A stretch of 64,000 bases of DNA. Source: Planctomycetia bacterium. Lineage in GTDB: Bacteria; Planctomycetota; Planctomycetia; Pirellulales; UBA1268. The translations under genes and the position numbers were made by a program. This document shows, piece by piece, positions 37,155 to 45,692 of the stretch; within the stretch, counting starts at the first letter, position 1; each line of letters opens with the position of its first letter. Location of the stretch: assembly GCA_014192425.1 (NCBI GenBank), contig BJHK01000018.1, forward strand, positions 6,986 to 70,985, read 5' to 3'. The notes beneath the pieces are model-generated. The model was given only the letters and a program-made list of their open reading frames with translations, was not told the origin of the DNA and ran no database searches.

Positions 37155-37324
37155 GGCGGCTCATCCCCGGGGATCGGGCTCTCCGATCATCTCTCTTTTC
37201 GTCGGAACGCCCGAGCGTATTCTACGGCCGGTCGCCACGGATCGCGCAGCCTGCGCGACCCGCAGCCCTGAAACGTGCGGTCCGGAACCGGCGCCAGCGG
37301 CCTGCCGGGACCGGTTTTCGGCCT

Positions 37325-37708
37325 TCAGCGCGGCGGCTGCCCCGCCTCCAAGAGCTTGCGGATGGCGGCCGGCCGCGGCTCCTGGGCGTTGAACTCGCCC
37401 ACCATCAGGTCCCAGGTCAGGTCGCGGGCACTCTTCAGCGCGAGCGTGCCGTCGGCATCGACGACGTAGGCGGCCGCATGCCGCGTACCCGGGTCGACCA
37501 CCACGACCAGATGGCGGGCGTCCGGAAGCGGGCTCGTGGAAACGACGAGTTGTCCGCTGCCGGCCGGGATCGCCGGCCGTTGTCCGGACGCCGGCAGGCC
37601 GGAGACGGCAAGCAGCGCGGCGACGCAGGCCGTGAATCCCGCGGCAATGGCGCCGAGCGGCGGGCGGTTCGCGGAGCGGGAGGAGGGCGGGGGCGACGGG
37701 TCTGGCAT
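37325..37708 (-). CDS. Small hypothetical exported or anchored protein
   Basis: The internal start is MPDPSPPPSSRSANRPPLGAIAAGFTACVAALLAVSG. A beta-rich domain of about 90 aa follows. Confidence 0.5.
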   Translation of the reverse strand: MPDPSPPPSSRSANRPPLGAIAAGFTACVAALLAVSGLPASGQRPAIPAGSGQLVVSTSPLPDARHLVVVVDPGTRHAAAYVVDADGTLALKSARDLTWDLMVGEFNAQEPRPAAIRKLLEAGQPPR

Positions 37709-37968
37709 GGTGGACGTTGCTCTCGCGGGCGGAACCGATCGTGGTGACCAAGAGATCACTTCTCTGTACCGCTCGTCGTCCGGCCATCGCAAGGCCGGCC
37801 CCGGCGACCCATCTTGCCGGCCTTGCCCGGCCTCTCGGCTTGGTTTCGGTCTTTCGTCGTGCCGGATGTTTGGATTGAATCGCCTGGGCAAGGGCTACCG
37901 ATGATTGCGGTGGCGGCTTTCCGGCGCGACAGTTCGCGTCGCTGGCCCGTCGCTGGAGGAATCATTCC

Positions 37969-39261
37969 GTGGTGAACATGAACGGCCTGTCCGCGGCCTT
38001 GCTCCGCTCGCCCCTGCTGTGGGGCGGCGCGTTGGCCTTCGCCTTCTTCGCGCTCATTCACGGCGGCGTCGTCTCCGACCCGACCGTGGTCCGCTACCTC
38101 GCCGGGCACTGGGTCGAGTACGTCGAAGTGGCGATGTTCTGCGTCGGACTGGCGGCGCTGGCGATCAAGGCCGGCGACATTGCCCGGCAGCGGCGATCGC
38201 TCGGCGCGACGTCCCTGGCCGCGATACCCCCGGGCGGACAGGATCCCGCCGAGGCGGCCGCGCTGCTGGAGCAGCTGCCGGCCGAGGATGCGGCCCGTGG
38301 CTACCTCCCGGCCCGGCTCCGTGAGGCCCTCGATCTCGTGGTCCGGACCGGGTCCGCCGACGGCCTCGAGGACCACGTCAAGTATCTCTCCGATCTCGAC
38401 GCCGCCCGCGCCGCGCATGGGTACGGCCTCGTGCGGTTCGTGATCTGGGCGATTCCGATCATGGGCTTCCTGGGCACGGTGATCGGGATCACCGTCGCCA
38501 TCGCCTGCCTGTCCCCCACGCAGCTGGAGAACATCTCGGGCGTCGTCGCCGGCCTGGGCACGGCCTTCGACACGACGGCGACCGCCCTCGGCCTGTCGAT
38601 GGTGCTGATGTTCCTGCAGTTCCTCGTCGACCGCTCCGAGCAGGGGCTCCTGTCGGCGGTCGACCGGGCGGCGTGGGAGCAGCTCGCGGGCCGGTTCCAG
38701 TCGCTCGCCGGCGCGGATGGCACGGCGCTGGCCGTGGCGAAGCTCGGCGAGTCGCTGTCGCGCGGCGGCACGCGTTTGCTCGAGGCCCAGGAGCATGCCT
38801 GGCGGGCGCTGGAGCGAACGGCGGCGACCGGGCTCGAGCAGGCGCTGGGCAACGCCGCCGCGACGCTGCGCGAGACGCTCGCCGAGTCGCTCGACGCGAG
38901 CCTCGGTCGCTGGGGCGAGGCGCTGGCCCGCGTGCACGACGAGCATGCCAGCCGTCGCGAGCAGCGCTGGACCGACGCGGCGGAGTCGCTGGCCGTGGCG
39001 ATCCGCGGGCTGGAGCGTCATCAGCAGGTTCTCGACGACCAGACGCGGATGCTCGGCGAGGTCGTCGGCGCCACCCGCGACCTGGCGGTCCTGGAGCGGT
39101 CGCTGGATGCCAATCTGGGAACGATCGCCTCGGCGGGTCGGTTCGAAGAGGCTCTCGCCACGCTGGCGGCGGCCGTGCAGCTGCTGGCGGTGCGGGCCGG
39201 ATCCGCCGAAGAGCGGCACATCGATCTGCGGTCCGCGCACCGCGTCGGAAAGGCCGCATGA
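37969..39261 (+). CDS. MotA/TolQ/ExbB-family proton-channel protein with a roughly 190-aa helical C-terminal extension
   Basis: The TM pattern and signature segments FVIWAIPIMGFLGTVIGITVAI and GLGTAFDTTATALGLSMVLMFLQF fit the family. The tail is Ala/Leu/Glu/Arg-rich and looks like coiled coil. Confidence 0.8.
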   Translation: MVNMNGLSAALLRSPLLWGGALAFAFFALIHGGVVSDPTVVRYLAGHWVEYVEVAMFCVGLAALAIKAGDIARQRRSLGATSLAAIPPGGQDPAEAAALLEQLPAEDAARGYLPARLREALDLVVRTGSADGLEDHVKYLSDLDAARAAHGYGLVRFVIWAIPIMGFLGTVIGITVAIACLSPTQLENISGVVAGLGTAFDTTATALGLSMVLMFLQFLVDRSEQGLLSAVDRAAWEQLAGRFQSLAGADGTALAVAKLGESLSRGGTRLLEAQEHAWRALERTAATGLEQALGNAAATLRETLAESLDASLGRWGEALARVHDEHASRREQRWTDAAESLAVAIRGLERHQQVLDDQTRMLGEVVGATRDLAVLERSLDANLGTIASAGRFEEALATLAAAVQLLAVRAGSAEERHIDLRSAHRVGKAA

Positions 39262-41318
39262 GTCGCCCGCGCCCGGCCGAAGGGCCGACGGTATCGCTGT
39301 TCCCGTTCCTGGCCGTGCTCCTGTGCACGATGGGATCGCTGCTCGTCCTGCTCGTCCTCTTCAGCCGCTCGGCCCGGGAGGGCGACCGGGCCGCGGCCGA
39401 GGCGGCCGCAGCCGCCGCACGGCACCATGCGGAGGAGCGCGGGCTCCTGCGGGACGAACTGGCCTGGCGGCTGGAGCAACTGCAGGCGGTGCGCGAACGG
39501 ACGGCCGCTGACCTCGCCCGGGAGCGGCTGCGCCTCGCCGGCGCCGAGGACGATTCGCGCCGGCTGGCCGACGAACTGGCCGACCTCGAGCGCGTCGCCG
39601 CGGCCCTCGCCGCCGATGCCGCCGGCGCCCCGGCTGCCGACAAGGATGGCGAACTCGCGGCCCGGCTCGCGTCCACGAAGGAATCGCTCGACAAGGCGCG
39701 CAAGGAAGCGGCGGCCAGGCCGCCGGCGTATGCTGTGGTCCCCTACCAGGGCGCCCACGGCACGCACCGCCGGCCGCTGTACATCGAGTGCTCGCTCGAC
39801 GGCGTCTACCTGCAGCCGGAAGGGATCCGGCTCGGGCCGACCGACTTCGAGGGGCCGCCGGGGCCGGGCAATCCGCTGGCCAGCGCCCTGCGGGCGGCCC
39901 GCGAGCACGTCGCGGCGCAGACCGGCGACGCCGGCGATCCCGCCGCCCAGCCCTACCCGCTGCTGCTCGTGCGGCCGTCGGGCGTGATGGCCTACTACGC
40001 GGCCCGGGAGTCGATCCAGTCGTGGGGCAGCGAGTTCGGCTACCAGTTCATCGACGAGGAGTGGACGCTGCAGTTTCCCCCGGCCGACCCCCGGCTGGCG
40101 CAGGCGGAGCAGCGGGCGATCGACGAGTCGCGTCGGCGGATCGCCTGGCTGGGCGAGTCGCGGCGCCAGCGGGCCGTGCGGCCGACGCAGCAGTTCCGCG
40201 CGGCGACCACCCGGGGCGGAGTCGTCGCCACTGGCGGACCGACCGTGCTTGGCGATCAGTCTCGATTCGACTGGACAGAGGAGCAGGCGGCTCAGGCCGG
40301 CGGCGCCGAGCCCGGCCGCGGGTTTTCGCCGCGCGACCGGGCGGGGCCGCAGCGGGCCGAGAGCCTGGCGACCTCCGGCGCCGACGTGCTCAACGGCAGG
40401 CTTGGAGCCGCTGGGCAGGGAGATCAGGCCGCGGGAGGAGGCAACGCTGGCGGCTCGGGCGCCGGCGGCTCGGGCGCCGGCGGCTCGGGCGCCGGCGGCT
40501 CGGGCGGGAGCGGCTCGGGCGCCGGTCCGCAGGGCGCGGGGAGCGGGTACGCAGGCCCCTCACGGTTCTATGCCGGCGCCTCCGACGGCAACGCACGCGG
40601 GGATGCCCGGCAGCCCGGCGTCGGCGAACCGGGGAACCCGGAGTCGGGTGGCGGCGATGCGAACACAGCCGGCGACCAACCCGGCGGGGCTGGCGGCCGA
40701 AGCGGTGCCGCCGGTGGCCCTGGAGGCGATGCCATGGCGGAAGCCGGCGGATCCGGCACGGGACGATCCGGCTCGGCAGCCGGCCAGTCGGCTTCCGCCG
40801 GCGGCGCCGCCGGCGGTGGCGGCAGCATGCAGGGGCCGGCGGGGCTCGGGGGGGCGGCCGGCTCCACCCAGGCCGGCGGCGCGTCCGGCGGCGCGGCGAC
40901 GATGTCGCTGGCCGGGCAGCGCGGCAGCAACTGGGCGAGCCTCGCCAGCGCGGAGCGGCCCGTGCCGCTGCGGCGGCCGATCCGCGTCGCCTGCACGGCC
41001 CGGGAAATGCAGGTCCTCGACGACGGCGGCCGGCGCGTCGACACGCGGATTGCCTGTCCGGGCGCGACGGTGTTCGCCGTCGATCCGCTCGTGACCGCGA
41101 TCCACGCCAAGGTCGCCGGCTGGGGAATCGCCGGCGATCGGATGTATTGGAAGCCCGAACTGATCCTCTCGGCCTCCGCGGGGGGCGAGGGGCGACGCGA
41201 GGAACTGGAGCGGCTGCTCGCCGACAGCGGCCTCGACACGCGCCGCGCCGAGTCGCCGCAGCGGGTCGAGCGGCTTCCGTCGATCGAACGCACCGGCGCG
41301 GTCGGACTGCAACGCTGA
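39258..41318 (+). CDS. Single-pass membrane protein: TM, coiled coil, beta-rich module, Gly/Ala/Ser-rich disordered linker, second module (distantly ExbD/TolR-like?)
   Basis: The ATG at 39258 overlaps the upstream stop (ATGA). The N-terminus is MSRPRPAEGPTVSLFPFLAVLLCTMGSLLVLLVLF. High GC3 continues through the ORF. It is a paralogue of the next gene. Confidence 0.7.
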   Translation: MSRPRPAEGPTVSLFPFLAVLLCTMGSLLVLLVLFSRSAREGDRAAAEAAAAAARHHAEERGLLRDELAWRLEQLQAVRERTAADLARERLRLAGAEDDSRRLADELADLERVAAALAADAAGAPAADKDGELAARLASTKESLDKARKEAAARPPAYAVVPYQGAHGTHRRPLYIECSLDGVYLQPEGIRLGPTDFEGPPGPGNPLASALRAAREHVAAQTGDAGDPAAQPYPLLLVRPSGVMAYYAARESIQSWGSEFGYQFIDEEWTLQFPPADPRLAQAEQRAIDESRRRIAWLGESRRQRAVRPTQQFRAATTRGGVVATGGPTVLGDQSRFDWTEEQAAQAGGAEPGRGFSPRDRAGPQRAESLATSGADVLNGRLGAAGQGDQAAGGGNAGGSGAGGSGAGGSGAGGSGGSGSGAGPQGAGSGYAGPSRFYAGASDGNARGDARQPGVGEPGNPESGGGDANTAGDQPGGAGGRSGAAGGPGGDAMAEAGGSGTGRSGSAAGQSASAGGAAGGGGSMQGPAGLGGAAGSTQAGGASGGAATMSLAGQRGSNWASLASAERPVPLRRPIRVACTAREMQVLDDGGRRVDTRIACPGATVFAVDPLVTAIHAKVAGWGIAGDRMYWKPELILSASAGGEGRREELERLLADSGLDTRRAESPQRVERLPSIERTGAVGLQR
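40449..40523 (+). repeat. In-frame 15-bp tandem repeat (GGCGGCTCGGGCGCC, about 5 copies) encoding (GGSGA)n
   Basis: Read directly from the sequence. It lies within the disordered linker of CDS 39258..41318. Confidence 0.9.
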
Positions 41319-41359
41319 CCGGCCGTCACGGCCACCGGAAAGAAGACGGAGACGCATCG

Positions 41360-42355
41360 ATGCCACGCCCCAGGCCCGAGGAGATCAGTTCCGCCGGGCA
41401 GGACTCGTTTCTCGACGTCGTCACGAACATCGTCGGCATCCTCATCATCCTCGTGATGGTCGTGGGGGGCCGCGTCCGGCAGATCGTGCTCGCGCCCCGC
41501 CCCGCGCCGGCCGCGGCCGCCACCGACCTCGACCACGAGGTGGGGCGGCTCCAGGACACGGTCGATTCGGCGGAGAGCGAGATCGAGCAGCTCCAGGCCC
41601 AGACTAAGACCGTGGCCATGACGGCGGCGCACGTCGCCGAGGCGCGGCTGCAGCTGGCGACCGCCGTCTCGCTGGCGAAGCACGTGGTCGAGGAACAAAA
41701 GCGCGGCGTCGATGCGGCCCATGCGGCCGCCGCCGAGGCCGACGTCCGCCGCCGGCGCATGGAGGAGGAGATCGAGCGCTACCGGCTGGAGCTCGACGGT
41801 CTCTCCCATCGCCCGGCAACGACCCGCGAGGTGCTCGCCTATCCGACGCCGATCGGCCGCACCGTCAACGGCGACGAGCTCCACTTTCGCATCGCCGGCG
41901 GCCGGATCGCCTACATCCCGTTGGAGGAGCTGTTCGAGCGGGCCAAGTCCCACGTCGAGCGGAACCAGCGCCGCATCGACGATCTCGTGTCGCGGCCGCA
42001 GCGGGTCGGACCCGAGCAGGGCTTCATGCTCGAACTCGTGATCGACGTTCGCATCGACCAGGCCCGCGGCCAGATGCTCACGACCTCGCGCGAGTGGGTC
42101 GTGCAGCCGGTCACGCCCGAGACGGGCGAGACGGTCGACGAGGCGCTCGGCTCGACGTCCCGGTTCCGGCGCGTGCTCGCCGGCGTCAAGCCGGACACGA
42201 CCGTGACGCTGTGGTGCTACCCCGACAGTTTTGCCGGGTATCGTCGCGTCCGCGAGGAACTCTACCGGCTCGGCATCCCGACCGCCGGCCGGCCGCTGCC
42301 CGAGGGGGCGCCGATCGGCGGCTCCGCGGAGGGGAGCAAGTCGGTCGTGCAGTGA
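41360..42355 (+). CDS. Single-pass membrane protein: TM with an Asp, coiled coil, beta-rich module (distantly ExbD/TolR-like?)
   Basis: The product starts MPRPRPEEISSAGQDSFLDVVTNIVGILIILVMVVG. A coiled-coil region of about 120 aa follows, then DELHFRIAGGRIAYIPLE...TVTLWCYPDSFAGYRRVREELYRLG. Confidence 0.7.
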   Translation: MPRPRPEEISSAGQDSFLDVVTNIVGILIILVMVVGGRVRQIVLAPRPAPAAAATDLDHEVGRLQDTVDSAESEIEQLQAQTKTVAMTAAHVAEARLQLATAVSLAKHVVEEQKRGVDAAHAAAAEADVRRRRMEEEIERYRLELDGLSHRPATTREVLAYPTPIGRTVNGDELHFRIAGGRIAYIPLEELFERAKSHVERNQRRIDDLVSRPQRVGPEQGFMLELVIDVRIDQARGQMLTTSREWVVQPVTPETGETVDEALGSTSRFRRVLAGVKPDTTVTLWCYPDSFAGYRRVREELYRLGIPTAGRPLPEGAPIGGSAEGSKSVVQ

Positions 42356-42388
42356 TCCCGGCGCTCGTGCAGCACGCTGGCCGCAGCG

Positions 42389-43801
42389 CTAGTCGCGCCG
42401 CTCCGCGCGTGGCGGCGCGCCGTCCGGCTGCCACCAGGCGTCGAGGCTCGTCCGCAGGCTCGCGACGACGTCCGGCTGCTCGGCCGCGAGGTTGCGGTGT
42501 TCCGCCGGGTCGGCCGCGACGTCGAACAGCTCCACCGTGCCCGCGGCGTGGCGGGCCCGCGATTCGGCATCGACGTTGCCCCAGGCGCGCTTGGGAATGC
42601 CGTCGCCGCGGTCGGCGGTCGTGGGAACGATCAATTTCCAGATCCGGCCGTCGGCCTCGGCCCTGACCGTCCAGCGCCAGAGCAGGCCGCGGGCGGGATC
42701 GTCGAGATCGACGATCGTGTGCGTGTAGCACTCACCGAAGACCTGCGTGCGTGCTCTGCTTCGCTCCGCGTCGAGCAAATTCACTCCCGGCAGGCCCGCC
42801 GGGGGCGCCACGCCGCAGGCGGCGAGGATCGTCGGCATGATGTCGATCGCGCTGGCGAGTGCGCCGTCGGACCGCGGGGCGATCGTCCCCGGCCGGCGCA
42901 GCATGATCGGCGTCCGCAGGCCACCGTCGTAGGGCGAGAGCTTCGAGCGGGGGGCGAAATTCTGCCGCGCGGGATCCTGGATCCAGCCGTTGTCGGTCAC
43001 GTAGACGACGAGCGTGTCGGCGGCGAGCTTCTCCCGGTCGAGGAAGTCGAGCAGGTCGCCGACGGTCCGGTCGAACCGCTCCACGTTGGCCCAGTAGCGG
43101 GCCACATGGGCGCTGTCGGTCCGGGACTCGTAATGCTCGAGGAGATCCCGGGGCGGGTCGAACGGGGAGTGCGGCAGCATCGGCGCGTACCAGACGAAGA
43201 ACGGTTTTCCTTCCGCGCGGCAGGCGGTCGCGAAGTCGTAGACCGGCTGCATCGTCTCGCGGCCGATCGTCAGCCCGTCGTCGCCGTGCCGTGCCCCCTT
43301 CGTCATGCCGGCGTCGAACCCGCCGCGCCGAAAGTCCCCCTGCCACCACTTGCCCGTCTGCAGCGAGCGATAGCCCGCCGTGCCGAGCGCGGCCGGCAGC
43401 GTCGGGAAGGCCTCCAGCATCCGGTTCATCCGTTCGCGGCCGGCTGCGAACGCCTCTCTGCCCGCGGGCGACTCGCGGGGTTGGCCGGCATGCTCCGGCG
43501 GGTCGTTGCCCACGATGCCGTGCTCGTGCGGGTAGCGGCCGGTGATCAGGCTGGCCAGGCTGGGGCAGCACAGGCTGCTCGGCACGTAGCCGCGCGTAAA
43601 GACGAGGCTTTCCCGGGCGAGCCGGTCGAGGTTGGGCGTGCGGAGAGTTGCATGCCCTATGAATCCGTAGTCGCCCCAGTGCTGGTCGTCGGAGACGATG
43701 AGCACGACGTTGGGCGGCGCGGCGCCGGCCAGCGCCGCACATGCGGCCAGGGCGAACCAGAGCGTCGATCGGACGGCGGCGTGCGCGACCATGGCCAACA
43801 T
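42389..43801 (-). CDS. Sulfatase-family (arylsulfatase-like) exported enzyme with a non-canonical CCPSL maturation motif
   Basis: A signal peptide is present. Motifs include NVVLIVSDDQ and SSLCCPSLASLITGRYPHEHG, plus typical downstream sulfatase blocks (GKWHQ-like GKWWQG, YVTDNG). Confidence 0.9.
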   Translation of the reverse strand: MLAMVAHAAVRSTLWFALAACAALAGAAPPNVVLIVSDDQHWGDYGFIGHATLRTPNLDRLARESLVFTRGYVPSSLCCPSLASLITGRYPHEHGIVGNDPPEHAGQPRESPAGREAFAAGRERMNRMLEAFPTLPAALGTAGYRSLQTGKWWQGDFRRGGFDAGMTKGARHGDDGLTIGRETMQPVYDFATACRAEGKPFFVWYAPMLPHSPFDPPRDLLEHYESRTDSAHVARYWANVERFDRTVGDLLDFLDREKLAADTLVVYVTDNGWIQDPARQNFAPRSKLSPYDGGLRTPIMLRRPGTIAPRSDGALASAIDIMPTILAACGVAPPAGLPGVNLLDAERSRARTQVFGECYTHTIVDLDDPARGLLWRWTVRAEADGRIWKLIVPTTADRGDGIPKRAWGNVDAESRARHAAGTVELFDVAADPAEHRNLAAEQPDVVASLRTSLDAWWQPDGAPPRAERRD

Positions 43802-43872
43802 GGGCTTGCCATCCGCGCGATGCGCACCGGCGCACGGGAGGACGACGAGGAATTTCAGCCTATAGTACGGCT

Positions 43873-44529
43873 GTGAGCCACGACACGAAAACCCTCATTC
43901 TCGTCCCGACGGAACTGGAGCGCAGCCGGCTGCGGGCGGACCTCGGGCCGTCGTGCCTGGCTGCCGACCGCCTCGAGCTCTGCGGCTTCGGCCCAGTGGC
44001 CGCCGCGGCCCGCACGGCCACACTGTTGGCCCGCGACCGGCCCGCCCGGGTGCTCCTCGTGGGCATCGCCGGGGCGATCGACGCGGGCATCCCCCTTGGT
44101 GCCGCGCGGCGATTCGCCGCCGTCGCCTGCCACGGCGTCGGCGCGGGAACCGCCGCGGATTTTGCCCCGGCCGGCGCCCTCGGCTGGCCGCACTGGCCCG
44201 GCGACGACGGCTCGCCGCCGATCGGCGACTCGATCCCCCTCGACGCGCCGGGCGACGCGGGCGACGCCGGCCTGCTCCTGCTCACGGTCTGCGCGGCGTC
44301 GGGCTCCGCCGCCGACGTCGCCGAGCGCCGCCGGCTGTTTCCCGCTGCCGTGGCCGAAGACATGGAGGGATTCGGCGTGGCCCTCGCCTGCCGCCTCCAC
44401 GGCGTGCCGTGCGCGATCATCCGCGGGATCTCGAACGTCGCCGGCGATCGCGACACGTCCCGCTGGGCGACGGCCGAGGCGCTGGCGGTCGCGGCGGCGC
44501 TCGCGCATGCATTCCTCGCGGAGGCATAG
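43873..44529 (+). CDS. mqnB: Futalosine hydrolase (nucleosidase family)
   Basis: The GTG start gives VSHDTKTLILVPTELE. The nucleosidase motif AVAEDMEGFGVA is present. The gene lies immediately upstream of mqnD. Confidence 0.8.
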   Translation: MSHDTKTLILVPTELERSRLRADLGPSCLAADRLELCGFGPVAAAARTATLLARDRPARVLLVGIAGAIDAGIPLGAARRFAAVACHGVGAGTAADFAPAGALGWPHWPGDDGSPPIGDSIPLDAPGDAGDAGLLLLTVCAASGSAADVAERRRLFPAAVAEDMEGFGVALACRLHGVPCAIIRGISNVAGDRDTSRWATAEALAVAAALAHAFLAEA

Positions 44530-45366
44530 ATGGGCCGGACCATTCGCCTCGGCATCTCGACCTGCCCGAACGACACCTTCGCCTTCCACGGCCTGCTCAC
44601 CGGCGCCGTCGATCGGCGCGGCCTCGACTTCGACGTGCGGCTGCTCGACATCGAGCAGCTCAACGAAGGGCTGTTTCGCGGCGAATTCGACGTCGCCAAG
44701 GCGAGCTTTCATGCCGTCCTGCACGTGGCCGCCGACCACGTCGTCCTGCCGAGCGGCTCGGCGCTCGGCTTCGGCGTCGGCCCCCTGCTCCTGGCGGCCC
44801 GGCCGGGCACGGTTCCCACGGGCCCCGACCAGCTCACGCTCTGCCCGGGGCGGCACACCACCGCCGCGCTCCTGAGCGCCGTCTTCCATCCGGGCACGGC
44901 CCGCGTCGAGCACGTCGTGTTTTCCGACATCATGCCGGCGCTCGTGGCGGGCCGGGCCGACTTCGGGGTCTGCATTCACGAGGGACGGTTCACCTGGCAG
45001 CGGCACGGGCTTTCGCTCGTGGAGGACCTGGGGACGCGCTGGGAGGCGGAGACAAAGTGCCCGCTGCCGCTCGGAGGGATCGTGGCCAGCCGGCGGCTCG
45101 ACGCCGGCACGATCGCCGCCGTGCAGGGGGTGATCCACGACTCGCTGCGGCTCGCGCGCGCCGATCCAGCGGCGGCCCTGCCGACGATGCGGGCCCATGC
45201 CCGCGAGCAGGAAGACGACGTGATCATGCGGCACGTCGACCTGTACGTGAACGAGTGGACCGTGGACCTCGGCGCCACGGGCCGCCGGGCGCTCGACGAG
45301 TTTTCCAAAAGGGCAGCGGCCGTCGGACTTGGTTCTAACGGCCGCTTGGAAGTGTTTGCGGGCTGA
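44530..45366 (+). CDS. mqnD: 1,4-dihydroxy-6-naphthoate synthase
   Basis: The N-terminal LGISTCPNDTFAFHGL is the hallmark of MqnD/VitK2 biosynthesis proteins. Confidence 0.85.
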   Translation: MGRTIRLGISTCPNDTFAFHGLLTGAVDRRGLDFDVRLLDIEQLNEGLFRGEFDVAKASFHAVLHVAADHVVLPSGSALGFGVGPLLLAARPGTVPTGPDQLTLCPGRHTTAALLSAVFHPGTARVEHVVFSDIMPALVAGRADFGVCIHEGRFTWQRHGLSLVEDLGTRWEAETKCPLPLGGIVASRRLDAGTIAAVQGVIHDSLRLARADPAAALPTMRAHAREQEDDVIMRHVDLYVNEWTVDLGATGRRALDEFSKRAAAVGLGSNGRLEVFAG

Positions 45367-45692
45367 TGCCCCGCGTTCTCGCAATCCTCACGAGCCTCGG
45401 GTGAGCCCGGTCACGGCGTCGCCGGCAGGGCCGGTTTCTCGTGTGGCCCGCCGCCGTCAATCGAATCCCCTGGCGGATCCGATCCGGGAAAGTGCAACCC
45501 CTCACAGGCAGCTGCCACCGCCGGGCAGTCGCTTGCGCAGGAAGTTCATCCGCTTCTCAATCGGCAGTGCCAGCCGGCGGCGGATGAGCGCAAGGGGCTG
45601 ACGTCCATGACGGGATCGTACCATCACGTGAGCAGTGACGTCGCGTCGGCTCATGCCCGCGGCCGAGGCCACCCACGTGGCGTGCCAGGCTT

